32,000 nt of DNA from Hominicoprocola fusiformis. GTDB lineage: Bacteria > Bacillota > Clostridia > Oscillospirales > Oscillospiraceae. Of the stretch, positions 1 through 7,771 are shown piece after piece (position 1 is the first letter of the stretch; each line of letters starts with the position of its first letter). The stretch spans positions 9,517 through 41,516 of the forward strand of contig JBBNGO010000019.1 in assembly GCA_040095065.1 (NCBI GenBank). Reading direction: 5' to 3'. The notes below the pieces were generated by a model. It was not told the DNA's origin. It saw only the letters and a list, made by a program, of their open reading frames with translations, and searched no databases. The position numbers were made by a program, and so were the translations under genes.

Positions 1-517
1 GAGGAAGCAGGATCGCCGCGCCCAAGACATTTGCTTGCCACTCGTTCCAGTCCTCGCGGGTTTTCAGCTCTCGCGGCGTATAGGCTGTCCGTGCGGAATA
101 TTTCATTTCGCAGGAAGCCTTTACCTCTTCCGATTCCAGTTGGAAGAGAATCTGATGGGCGCACTCGTGGGCAAGGGTAAATCTGCGCTTGGCGCAGAGC
201 CGCTGCACGTTGCCGGATCGAATGAAGCTCTCGTCCAAGATGACCTGATTACGCTTCAAAGCCAGTGTGCGCGTAATACCAAGTTCCGTGATCTTGTACT
301 CAGTGTCGGCATAGGCAGTGACACCGCAGATGCTTCCGTCCGGCGAGAGACGGGCGAATGATACGCGAAGACCGAGATAGTTCTTTGCAAACTGATCAAT
401 GGGTGTTGGCAAAGCTGATCGGTCGGGCTTGTCCGCCTCATCCCCGAAAAAGAACCGGTTGAAGTCCTTCGTTGTTGATGCTGCAATTTCTTCAAGTTGG
501 CGCTGGGATAAAATCAT
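1..517 (-). CDS. ImmA/IrrE-family (DUF955-like) zinc metallopeptidase, C-terminal end beyond left edge
   Basis: Absent from the ORF track because it runs off the edge. My minus-strand translation from ATG 517-515 gives MILSQRQLEEIAASTTKDFNRFFFGDEADKPD...KRRFTLAHECAHQILFQLES..., with an HExxH (HECAH) in ImmA/IrrE context. The start overlaps the stop of the upstream gene (ATGA at 514-517). Confidence 0.75.
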   Translation of the reverse strand, partial: MILSQRQLEEIAASTTKDFNRFFFGDEADKPDRSALPTPIDQFAKNYLGLRVSFARLSPDGSICGVTAYADTEYKITELGITRTLALKRNQVILDESFIRSGNVQRLCAKRRFTLAHECAHQILFQLESEEVKASCEMKYSARTAYTPRELKTREDWNEWQANVLGAAILLP

Positions 518-774
518 GAGCAGTTGTCCTCCTTTGCTTCGACGAACCACTTGTCTCCTTCGTGGAAAAGAAATGACTCCTTTCCGCGAATCTGAACTGT
601 GTAACGGATGCCTCCGCCCCCAACCTTTTTGGATGTGGCGCGGCATTTGTATAGAATCTGGTCGATTTGAAAGATTACACCGTTGTCCCACCAGATAAGG
701 CGAGGGAGGATTGCCCCCTCCTTGTCCACATCCAGCGTAACCGGGACGTATGCTTTTCTGTACTGTGTAGCCAT
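514..774 (-). CDS. Hypothetical 86-aa protein, translationally coupled to the ImmA-like peptidase
   Basis: Track frame 514..891. The internal ATG at 774 is preceded by GGAGTGAG about 8 nt upstream. Product is MATQYRKAYVPVTLDVDKEGAILPRLIWWDNG...; no HTH or other motif recognised. Confidence 0.6.
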   Translation of the reverse strand: MATQYRKAYVPVTLDVDKEGAILPRLIWWDNGVIFQIDQILYKCRATSKKVGGGGIRYTVQIRGKESFLFHEGDKWFVEAKEDNCS

Positions 775-888
775 TTCTGTTTTTCTCACTCCTGTTCCCT
801 CATACCGGTGTATGCCGGTACGGATGATCTTCGGCAGCATAAATGCCTGTCCATTTGAACTGCTCAAAAGATGTAACTTTTTCGTGTA

Positions 889-944
889 CAACTACTCATG
901 CCCCTTGACAGGATGAGCAATTCAGGATATACTATGAGTAGTTG
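889..944. promoter_or_regulatory. 11-bp perfect inverted repeat (CAACTACTCAT / ATGAGTAGTTG) bracketing the promoter; candidate repressor operator
   Basis: Left arm at 889-899 and right arm at 934-944 are exact reverse complements, 34 bp apart. They enclose the -35 and overlap the -10 end of the promoter below. Confidence 0.5.
905..933 (+). promoter_or_regulatory. Sigma-A type promoter for the XRE-ImmA cargo operon
   Basis: TTGACA (905-910), 17-nt spacer, TATACT (928-933). It lies about 110 nt upstream of the XRE start. Confidence 0.55.
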
Positions 945-1043
945 GATTGCTCAGTCATTATTATACGCACTTCAAGTGCCTTTGTCAATAGACTTGCGCA
1001 ATTTGATGTCGCAAACTTTTTGTGAACAGGAGTGATTACCAAA

Positions 1044-1472
1044 ATGACGTTTGGAGAGAAATTCAAGGCTGAACGGGAGAAGCGGAAGCTGACCCAGCAG
1101 GAAGTAGCCGATGCACTGGGGATCAACAGGCGTATGATTACCCGGTACGAGAACGGCATTTCCTTTCCCCGTACCAAGGACGCTTACAGAAAAATCGCGG
1201 AATACTTCAAGGTGGATGTGAACTATCTGCTGACCGAGGACGAAGAGTTTGTGGTTCAGGCATCCGAGCAGTACGGCTCCCGTGGCATGAAACAGGCAAA
1301 GGACCTGATTGAAGGGATGTCCGGTTTGTTTGCGGGCGGTACGCTGTCCGAGCAGGACAAGGATGCGGTGATGAAGGCGTTGCAGGATATATATTGGGAA
1401 TCCAAAGCCCGTAATGTTGAGAAATACACGCCGAAGAAATACAAGAAGACCGGTACGGACGCAGAGGAATAA
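1044..1472 (+). CDS. XRE-family helix-turn-helix transcriptional regulator (ImmR-like)
   Basis: MTFGEKFKAEREKRKLTQQEVADALGINRRMITRYENGISFP is a classic Cro/C1 HTH. ATG 1044 lies 11 nt after AGGAG; the track GTG at 1032 overlaps the RBS, so 1044 is preferred. Confidence 0.85.
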   Translation: MTFGEKFKAEREKRKLTQQEVADALGINRRMITRYENGISFPRTKDAYRKIAEYFKVDVNYLLTEDEEFVVQASEQYGSRGMKQAKDLIEGMSGLFAGGTLSEQDKDAVMKALQDIYWESKARNVEKYTPKKYKKTGTDAEE

Positions 1473-1540
1473 CTGTCTACGTCTCGGTTTCTTGACGGAT
1501 TTACTTTGACTGTTTTCAACATGAAAGGGGTGAAGGTCCC

Positions 1541-2077
1541 GTGATAATTCGCTCCGAGGAAATATACAAAAAGGCGAACAGCATTGTCAAAAGCTGTGGA
1601 ACAAGAGATACCTTGAAGATTGCCCGTGAGCTGGGCATTCATCTCCATTTTCTTGACAATCTGAACGATCTGCTCGGAATGTACACCTACCGCCATAAAG
1701 AGCGGCATATTCTTCTGAACTCCAACATGGAGTATCTGATCATGCAAATGGTTTGCGGTCACGAGATCGGGCATGATACCTTTCACCGTGATCTTGCCAA
1801 AGGAAACGAACCGCTCCCGGAGTTCGTGCTGTTCGATATGCGCACAAAACACGAATATGAGGCGAATGCGTTTGCCTCACACCTGATCATTGACGATGAT
1901 GAGCTGATTGACCTGATGAAGCAGGACTACGATGTGGTGCAGCTCTCGGCTGCAATGGGAACAAACATCAACCTGATGCTGATCAAGCTCAACGAACTGA
2001 ACCGCATGGGCTGGCAGCTCAACTTGCCTTATGTACCGCACTCTGACTTCCTGAAAAATGTCAGACCGGAGGGGTGA
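1541..2077 (+). CDS. ImmA/IrrE-family zinc metallopeptidase
   Basis: HExxH motif in MVCGHEIGHDTFH, with YEANAFASHLII downstream. The gene sits immediately after the XRE gene (canonical ImmR/ImmA pairing). GTG start follows an AAAGGGGTGA RBS. Confidence 0.85.
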   Translation: MIIRSEEIYKKANSIVKSCGTRDTLKIARELGIHLHFLDNLNDLLGMYTYRHKERHILLNSNMEYLIMQMVCGHEIGHDTFHRDLAKGNEPLPEFVLFDMRTKHEYEANAFASHLIIDDDELIDLMKQDYDVVQLSAAMGTNINLMLIKLNELNRMGWQLNLPYVPHSDFLKNVRPEG

Positions 2078-2101
2078 ATGAGGATGAAGGATAGTAATTA
2101 G

Positions 2102-2926
2102 ATGAACAATAACGACTATAAAGAAGCCCTTTTCTATGCTGCTTCCATCTTTAACGAACGCTTGGGGACGGAGTTCAGCGAGGACAACCTTGTGTTGCGT
2201 TGCTTTCAAACGGAAAATCAGCAGGAAGTCTTTGAGCAGTTCTGCAAGCAGTATTTCCCTGACCGTCTTGAAGACCGATATACAGAGGACGGCTATTTTG
2301 ACTTTCACGCCTCTGCATTCGTCGGCACAGGAGACGGCGCGGACGGAATCCTTCTGCGCACAGACATGGCACGTCATCCGGCAGAGTTGAAGCACATTCT
2401 TCTGCATGAGCTGGCGCATATCTTCTGCACCCGCAACGAGATTGACGGAGATAATTTCTTTGAGCGATACTGCATGGATGATACCATCAGCCGCGAAGAG
2501 GACGGAACCATTAACGCCGGTTATGCGGTCTGGCGGGAACTGATTGCGGAGCTGATTGCATTTGAACTGGATGACAACTGCGATGTAGTTCCGCTTCGTC
2601 GCAAGAAAGACCTACTCAGCTATTACGAAGGAGAACTCCTGACCGGCAACGGAAAAATGGGCGTCAGCATGATTCTCTGTGAGGCAATGACCAGTGCTGA
2701 GGGCGAAGCATCTATGACATGGGACGCTGCCAAAAGCAAGTTTACACGGTTCAAGCCCTTTGATGATTCACTGTACAGGGACTTGCTGGAACTGGTTTTT
2801 ACACACGTTAGAGAATACTTTATCGTGATCGACCGCGACTTTATCTATGAAATTGGAGTGTTATATCTGACCATTGCCGCGCAAGCGATGATTGCGTCCC
2901 TAAAGAACAGATTTCAGGAAGAATAG
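2102..2926 (+). CDS. Hypothetical protein with HExxH motif (putative metallopeptidase-like)
   Basis: 274-aa ORF with ILLHELAHIF and a downstream acidic WRELIAELIAFE. No further family recognised. Confidence 0.65.
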   Translation: MNNNDYKEALFYAASIFNERLGTEFSEDNLVLRCFQTENQQEVFEQFCKQYFPDRLEDRYTEDGYFDFHASAFVGTGDGADGILLRTDMARHPAELKHILLHELAHIFCTRNEIDGDNFFERYCMDDTISREEDGTINAGYAVWRELIAELIAFELDDNCDVVPLRRKKDLLSYYEGELLTGNGKMGVSMILCEAMTSAEGEASMTWDAAKSKFTRFKPFDDSLYRDLLELVFTHVREYFIVIDRDFIYEIGVLYLTIAAQAMIASLKNRFQEE

Positions 2927-2959
2927 GCAGACCGATAGAGAGAAAGGACGGGCAACGAT

Positions 2960-3265
2960 ATGAAATATAAGCTGTTTCGCTCCCCCGGTAATCTGGACAA
3001 GGCAGTCCGGAAGCACGAACTGGTTGCCGTGGAGACCGGCAAGAACATTGATGATGCGGCAGACGCGCTTATCCGTGCCGTTCGGGATGATCTTGCGGAA
3101 ATGCCGGAGTATGCGCACTGCGAAACCGCTGCGTATGCACCGGAACCAATTCAGGAGCATCGCCGCGTAAGACGTTATCAGTATGAGATGATGGGTGTTG
3201 TTTACCCGCAGTATGCGGAGAAGAACATCCTGATTGATTATGGCGTGATTGAAGAGGCGGAGTAA
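2960..3265 (+). CDS. Hypothetical 101-aa protein
   Basis: ORF with an AAAGGA RBS. Its stop overlaps the next start (TAATG at 3263-3267). Confidence 0.55.
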   Translation: MKYKLFRSPGNLDKAVRKHELVAVETGKNIDDAADALIRAVRDDLAEMPEYAHCETAAYAPEPIQEHRRVRRYQYEMMGVVYPQYAEKNILIDYGVIEEAE

Positions 3266-3951
3266 TGTCAAAGAGATATGCCAGACAACTACATAGTGCA
3301 GATGATTTGATTGCCGCTGTTGAAGAATACGGCTTTCTGCCCTTCTTTCGGAACGAGATTCACGGATTCTCCATCGAGGAACTTTGCCCACCTGAGTTAT
3401 GGTTTGCGGACGATGTAGATGGTCCGTGGGAGTGGAAAGGTCCGGCTGCACGGAGCGGCAAATGTCTCTACGGCAAACTTTTCAACAAGAAGGCTGGCTT
3501 TGTGAGCCGGGAGTGGATACCGGACTTTGCAAACTTCCGGCGTGACGGCTATGACTTTGACGCCCGTTGGGATGACGGCTTGGCGTCCTACAAGGACAAG
3601 GAGCTATATGAAGCCATAGCCGGTGAAGGCAGGATGCTTTCCAAACGGCTGAAAGAGGCTCTGAACTACCGCAAGGGCGGCAACACCGGTTTTGAGACCT
3701 GCATCACGCGGCTGCAAATGCAGAGCTATGTCTGCATCGCGGATTTCGTCTATATGCAGGACAGATACGGAAGATCTTATGGCTGGGGTGTCGCAGAGTA
3801 TGCGACGCCGGAAGAACTTTTCGGGTACGACCTTATCACATCTGCATATCAGCGAGACCCGCAGGAATCCAAAGAGCGCATGATGCAGCATCTTTCCTCC
3901 ATCCTGCCGGGTGCGTCTGCACAGCAGCTTACGAAGATATTGAAAGGATAA
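3265..3951 (+). CDS. AlkZ-related / winged-helix (YcaQ-like) family protein, tentative
   Basis: 228 aa: EEYGFLPFFRNEIHGFSIEELCPPELWFADDVDGPWEWKGPAA...YGKLFNKKAGFVSREWIPDFANFRR. This resembles short AlkZ-related proteins from memory. Coding is well supported; the function call is about 0.45. Confidence 0.7.
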   Translation: MSKRYARQLHSADDLIAAVEEYGFLPFFRNEIHGFSIEELCPPELWFADDVDGPWEWKGPAARSGKCLYGKLFNKKAGFVSREWIPDFANFRRDGYDFDARWDDGLASYKDKELYEAIAGEGRMLSKRLKEALNYRKGGNTGFETCITRLQMQSYVCIADFVYMQDRYGRSYGWGVAEYATPEELFGYDLITSAYQRDPQESKERMMQHLSSILPGASAQQLTKILKG

Positions 3952-3957
3952 AACACC

Positions 3958-4437
3958 ATGAGCAAGAAACTTGTAGCGTATTTTTCTGCGTCCGGCGTGA
4001 CCGCGAAGGTTGCCGAGACGCTGGCAGAGGCAATCGGCGCGGACATCTTTGAGATTGAGCCGAAGGTGCCTTACACGGAAGCTGATCTGAACTGGATGGA
4101 CAAGAAAGCCCGCAGCACGATTGAGATGAACGATCCTGCCTCCCGTCCTGAGATTGCCGTCAAGCGGGACAACATGAAGGACTATGATACCATCTTTGTG
4201 GGCTTCCCGATCTGGTGGTACGTCGCGCCGACGATTATCAATACGTTCCTTGAGAGCTATGATCTGACCGGCAAGACGATCATCCCGTTTGCAACCTCCG
4301 GAGGAAGCGGCATTGGCAAGACGAACGAACGCCTTGCGCCGAGCTGCAAAGGTGCAAAACTGCTGGAAGGCAAGGTCTTCAAGAGCAGCGTCGGGCATAA
4401 AGAACTGGCAGCGTGGGTTGATGGACTGAAACTTTGA
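3958..4437 (+). CDS. Flavodoxin
   Basis: MSKKLVAYFSASGVTAKVAETLAEAIGADIFEIEP...FVGFPIWWYVAPTIINTFLE...IIPFATSGGSGIG is the typical clostridial flavodoxin FMN-binding signature. Confidence 0.9.
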   Translation: MSKKLVAYFSASGVTAKVAETLAEAIGADIFEIEPKVPYTEADLNWMDKKARSTIEMNDPASRPEIAVKRDNMKDYDTIFVGFPIWWYVAPTIINTFLESYDLTGKTIIPFATSGGSGIGKTNERLAPSCKGAKLLEGKVFKSSVGHKELAAWVDGLKL

Positions 4438-4471
4438 GAGTCGTACAAATCGGAAGTTGTGGAGGTGCTTT

Positions 4472-4891
4472 ATGAACGAGAGAGAAAAAATTATCCGATT
4501 ATGGTTTGATATGTGGATTAAGAAAGCAGATTTAGGAATTGACAATATTTTTACAGATGATGTTGTATATACTGAGAGTTGGAGTCCTAAATATGAAAAC
4601 CGCAAAACGGTAAAGCACTGGTTTGACGAATGGAATACACGCGGAAGTGTTCTTGTCTGGGAGATTAAGCAATTTTTTCATCAAGGCAATCAAACAATCG
4701 TGGAGTGGTATTTTAAAAACAAAATGAATAATGGAAATGTTGAAGAATTTGACGGAATATCTTTAATTGTATGGACACAGGATAACAAAATAAAATCATT
4801 AAAAGAGTTTGGTTGCAATCTTCATAATTACAATCCATATCGAGATAGTGATATTCCCGTATTTCGAGAAGAAAAAGCAAATTGGTTTTGA
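4472..4891 (+). CDS. NTF2-like / SnoaL-like family protein
   Basis: MNEREKIIRLWFDMWIKKADLGIDNIFTDDVVYTESW...VEWYFKNK...ISLIVW. ATG 4472 lies 5 nt after GGAGGTG. The gene is about 30% GC, versus about 50-55% in the flanks. Confidence 0.75.
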   Translation: MNEREKIIRLWFDMWIKKADLGIDNIFTDDVVYTESWSPKYENRKTVKHWFDEWNTRGSVLVWEIKQFFHQGNQTIVEWYFKNKMNNGNVEEFDGISLIVWTQDNKIKSLKEFGCNLHNYNPYRDSDIPVFREEKANWF

Positions 4892-4935
4892 GAGGACTAT
4901 AAATTCCAGTTTAACGAACAGGAGATGATGAACGC

Positions 4936-5145
4936 ATGAAGATCCTATATGAACTATCTTGGCTATGGGAAACGCTGGGCATTGCACTTGTGGCTGCGGC
5001 TGTCTGCATGGCTTGCGCCGCGCTGATCTGCAAGGCAACGAAGAAGAAACTCAGCAAAAAGCTGTTGGCTGTCATAGGGGCTGCGGCATTTGTGGGCGCA
5101 ATTCTGGCGGTCATTCTGATTGCCCGGACGCCGATGCCGCTTTGA
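4936..5145 (+). CDS. Small membrane protein (two predicted TM helices)
   Basis: Two hydrophobic stretches, [18 protein letters not shown] and [20 protein letters not shown], separated by [19 protein letters not shown]. Confidence 0.55.
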   Translation: MKILYELSWLWETLGIALVAAAVCMACAALICKATKKKLSKKLLAVIGAAAFVGAILAVILIARTPMPL

Positions 5146-5164
5146 TAGGACGGAGGATAGAATA

Positions 5165-6211
5165 ATGCCGCTTCAAATTGTCAGAAATGACATCACAAAA
5201 ATGAAGGTGGACGCCATCGTCAACGCTGCCAACGAGTCGCTGCTGGGTGGCGGCGGTGTGGACGGCTGCATTCATCGCGCTGCAGGACCGGAGCTGCTGG
5301 CAGAATGTGAAACGCTCCACGGCTGCAAAACCGGGAGCGCAAAAATCACGAAGGGCTATGAGCTGCCATGCAAATATGTCATTCACGCAGTCGGTCCGCG
5401 CTGGTACGACGGAAAGCATGGGGAACGTGAACTCCTGATCTCCTGTTATCAGACTTCGCTCATGCTGGCGAAGGAATACGGCTGCGAATCGGTTGCCTTC
5501 CCGCTGATTTCCTCCGGTATTTTCGGCTATCCGAAGGATCAGGCTCTCAAGGTTGCGATTGATACCATCAGCAGCTTCCTTCTCGAAAACGAAATGACGG
5601 TGTACATCGTCATCTTCGACCGCAAAGCCTATCAAATCAGCGGCAAGCTGTTTGCCGACATTGCTTCATACATAGATGACCGCTATGTGGACGAACATAC
5701 CGATAGTCGTTCTGAGCGGCTGCGCAGAATGAGTGCCTTCCGGATGGAAGAGCCGATGCCCTGCGAGTCATCCGTCTGCGATGAAGATGCAATCGAACAG
5801 CTCATCCCTCCTGTCTCTGCGGCAGTTGCTCCTAAAAAGGCGGCGACCCTTGATGACGCACTGGGACAGATCGATGAGAGCTTTTCGGAGATGCTTCTGC
5901 GGAAGATTGACGAGCGCGGCATGACGGACTCGCAGTGCTACAAGAAGGCAAATATTGACCGGAAGCTCTTCTCGAAGATCCGCTCGGACAAATCATACAA
6001 GCCTTCCAAGCCCACCGTAATTGCATTTGCCATCGCCCTTGAGCTGCCACTTTCCGAAATGAAGGATATGCTCATGAAGGCGGGCTTCGCGCTCTCCCAC
6101 TCCAACAAGTTTGACATCATCGTGGAATATTTCGTGGAGCATGGGAATTATAACGTCTTTGAGATCAACGAGGCTCTGTTTGCATTTGACCAGAGTTTAA
6201 TAGGAGCATAA
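5165..6211 (+). CDS. Macro domain (ADP-ribose binding/hydrolase) protein fused to a C-terminal HTH-like domain
   Basis: [45 protein letters not shown]...VIHAVGP...[14 protein letters not shown] is a canonical MacroD/YmdB-type signature. The C-terminal roughly 110 aa ([40 protein letters not shown]) look XRE-HTH-like. ATG 5165 is preferred over the track start at 5120. Confidence 0.9.
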   Translation: MPLQIVRNDITKMKVDAIVNAANESLLGGGGVDGCIHRAAGPELLAECETLHGCKTGSAKITKGYELPCKYVIHAVGPRWYDGKHGERELLISCYQTSLMLAKEYGCESVAFPLISSGIFGYPKDQALKVAIDTISSFLLENEMTVYIVIFDRKAYQISGKLFADIASYIDDRYVDEHTDSRSERLRRMSAFRMEEPMPCESSVCDEDAIEQLIPPVSAAVAPKKAATLDDALGQIDESFSEMLLRKIDERGMTDSQCYKKANIDRKLFSKIRSDKSYKPSKPTVIAFAIALELPLSEMKDMLMKAGFALSHSNKFDIIVEYFVEHGNYNVFEINEALFAFDQSLIGA

Positions 6212-6216
6212 GGTCT

Positions 6217-7749
6217 ATGGATAAAGTATTTCAGAAATTTTTGCGAAGTGGTATTGAACTCTCTGTCGTAGGAGTGGAGTGTCGTGAAGATAACAACCCT
6301 TACTTTTGCACGCCCAAAGGTGCATCTATTTTTGGCTGGGCTGGCGTGGATGGCATTCACTTCTGCTTTGTTCGAGGCTTCGGCAGTATGGTATTTTCCG
6401 TCAGCCCCATGAACTCGGCTCCGGATTTCGTTCATCCGCTGGCAAACAATTTTGCAGACTTTCTGAGGCTGCTCCTTGCTTGCGGTGATTCGGCAGCGTT
6501 GGAACAGGCGTGGATGTGGGATAAAGCCCAATTTGAAGCCTTTTTGCGGGACAACCCTCCGACGCATGAACAGAAAAAAGAGCTATCAGAGCTTGCCGAG
6601 AAAATGAAATTGACGCCTATGGAACAACCGTGGGCATACATCAAAAAGCTGCAAGCATCCTTTGATTATAGCAAGATCAAGTACACCGAGGACTATTATG
6701 ATGTTGATATGAACCCGGAAGCAGAACCGACCATACCTGAATGGAAGGTCTACTTTGATGGAGACTTCTGGGGACATTCAGGAAAAGACCGTTCCGGAAC
6801 GGAACTCCGGTTGAATAAGCAATTTGACTGGGCAGGACATCATTGGGTTATTCCTGCGGCGTATTCTTGCAGCAAGGGACTCGTCATGGACTTTTGTATG
6901 CGCACCCCAGAGGATGACATCCGCAAGTTCATGACGAAATGGGATTTGCACCCCGAAAACGACTCCTGCGAATACTTCACGCAGGAGCAGCAAATGCAAA
7001 TTGATTTAGACAATCCGCTTTGCCTTGACTTTATTCCTCGTTTGGAATTGAACGGGAAAACAATGCGAACCTCCCACGGCTGCTCGGTGGTTTATAATCC
7101 GTGTTTGCCGGATGGGATGATCAATGAATTGGAAGCAAAGTGGGCGTTGGAACACTATGACTTGGATATATCCTATGGATGGATGATTTTTCGGGCAGCT
7201 TTTCCGTGGGCAAGCAAACGCCGTACTGAAATAAAATCCCTCTCCTTTACGATGGAGCAGCGGTCATGCCGTGTCCCAGGACCACATTTCAAGACACACG
7301 CTCCCGGCGATTCGTTTTCTTTCACCCATCCGGTCAGCGGCACAAAATACACATTAACCGTACAGGAATTGGAGCGGCAGACAATTTCCGAAAAGCGTTT
7401 CGGCTCTGACCGCTGGTTTTATCCGACGTATTTTACCGCCATGAGCTATACGCTTTCTCCTGAACCGGACAGCGATATTTCGATCTGTGATTGTGCTGAG
7501 GGGGACAAGCCTTTGGAAATTGCGCCATGCTCTGACCGCTATGCACCGGAGGCACGAAACGATATGGCTTGTATCGGCATTATCGGCGGCGCGGACGGTC
7601 CAACCGCAATCGTATGTGGAGGCAGCTCGAAGGAAAAACTCCATGCAGCTTGTTCCGCTCTACACTTTGAGCCGGTGGAGGGTGATATTGAATGGCGTAT
7701 CGTATTCAACATCAAAAACTCCAATGAAATGTCATTAGAGCTAATCTGA
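6217..7749 (+). CDS. Hypothetical 510-aa protein
   Basis: Long ORF starting 5 nt after the macro gene stop, with no competing frame. No catalytic motif recognised. Confidence 0.75.
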   Translation: MDKVFQKFLRSGIELSVVGVECREDNNPYFCTPKGASIFGWAGVDGIHFCFVRGFGSMVFSVSPMNSAPDFVHPLANNFADFLRLLLACGDSAALEQAWMWDKAQFEAFLRDNPPTHEQKKELSELAEKMKLTPMEQPWAYIKKLQASFDYSKIKYTEDYYDVDMNPEAEPTIPEWKVYFDGDFWGHSGKDRSGTELRLNKQFDWAGHHWVIPAAYSCSKGLVMDFCMRTPEDDIRKFMTKWDLHPENDSCEYFTQEQQMQIDLDNPLCLDFIPRLELNGKTMRTSHGCSVVYNPCLPDGMINELEAKWALEHYDLDISYGWMIFRAAFPWASKRRTEIKSLSFTMEQRSCRVPGPHFKTHAPGDSFSFTHPVSGTKYTLTVQELERQTISEKRFGSDRWFYPTYFTAMSYTLSPEPDSDISICDCAEGDKPLEIAPCSDRYAPEARNDMACIGIIGGADGPTAIVCGGSSKEKLHAACSALHFEPVEGDIEWRIVFNIKNSNEMSLELI

Positions 7750-7771
7750 GAAGAAATCGGAGGCGCAGAAG

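Noticed and set aside
35-495. Track ORFs 35..361 (+) and 256..495 (-)
   Set aside because: A third frame on the minus strand (1..517, open to the edge) encodes an HExxH ImmA-like peptidase and is translationally coupled to the upstream gene. The two listed ORFs have no features.
3604-4605. 333-aa minus-strand ORF
   Set aside because: It lies antisense to two well-supported plus-strand genes (AlkZ-related, flavodoxin). It is Arg/Leu-rich, the composition typical of shadow frames, and has no RBS.
4936-6211. Macro-domain gene as a DarG antitoxin of a DarTG toxin-antitoxin pair
   Set aside because: No DarT (DUF4433)-like gene lies adjacent. The upstream gene is a 69-aa membrane protein and the downstream one a 510-aa unknown.
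7573-7611. IGIIGGADGPTAI motif in the 510-aa protein, reminiscent of the Na+-translocating decarboxylase beta subunit
   Set aside because: It is an isolated short motif in a protein without transmembrane segments. That is not sufficient for any functional call.
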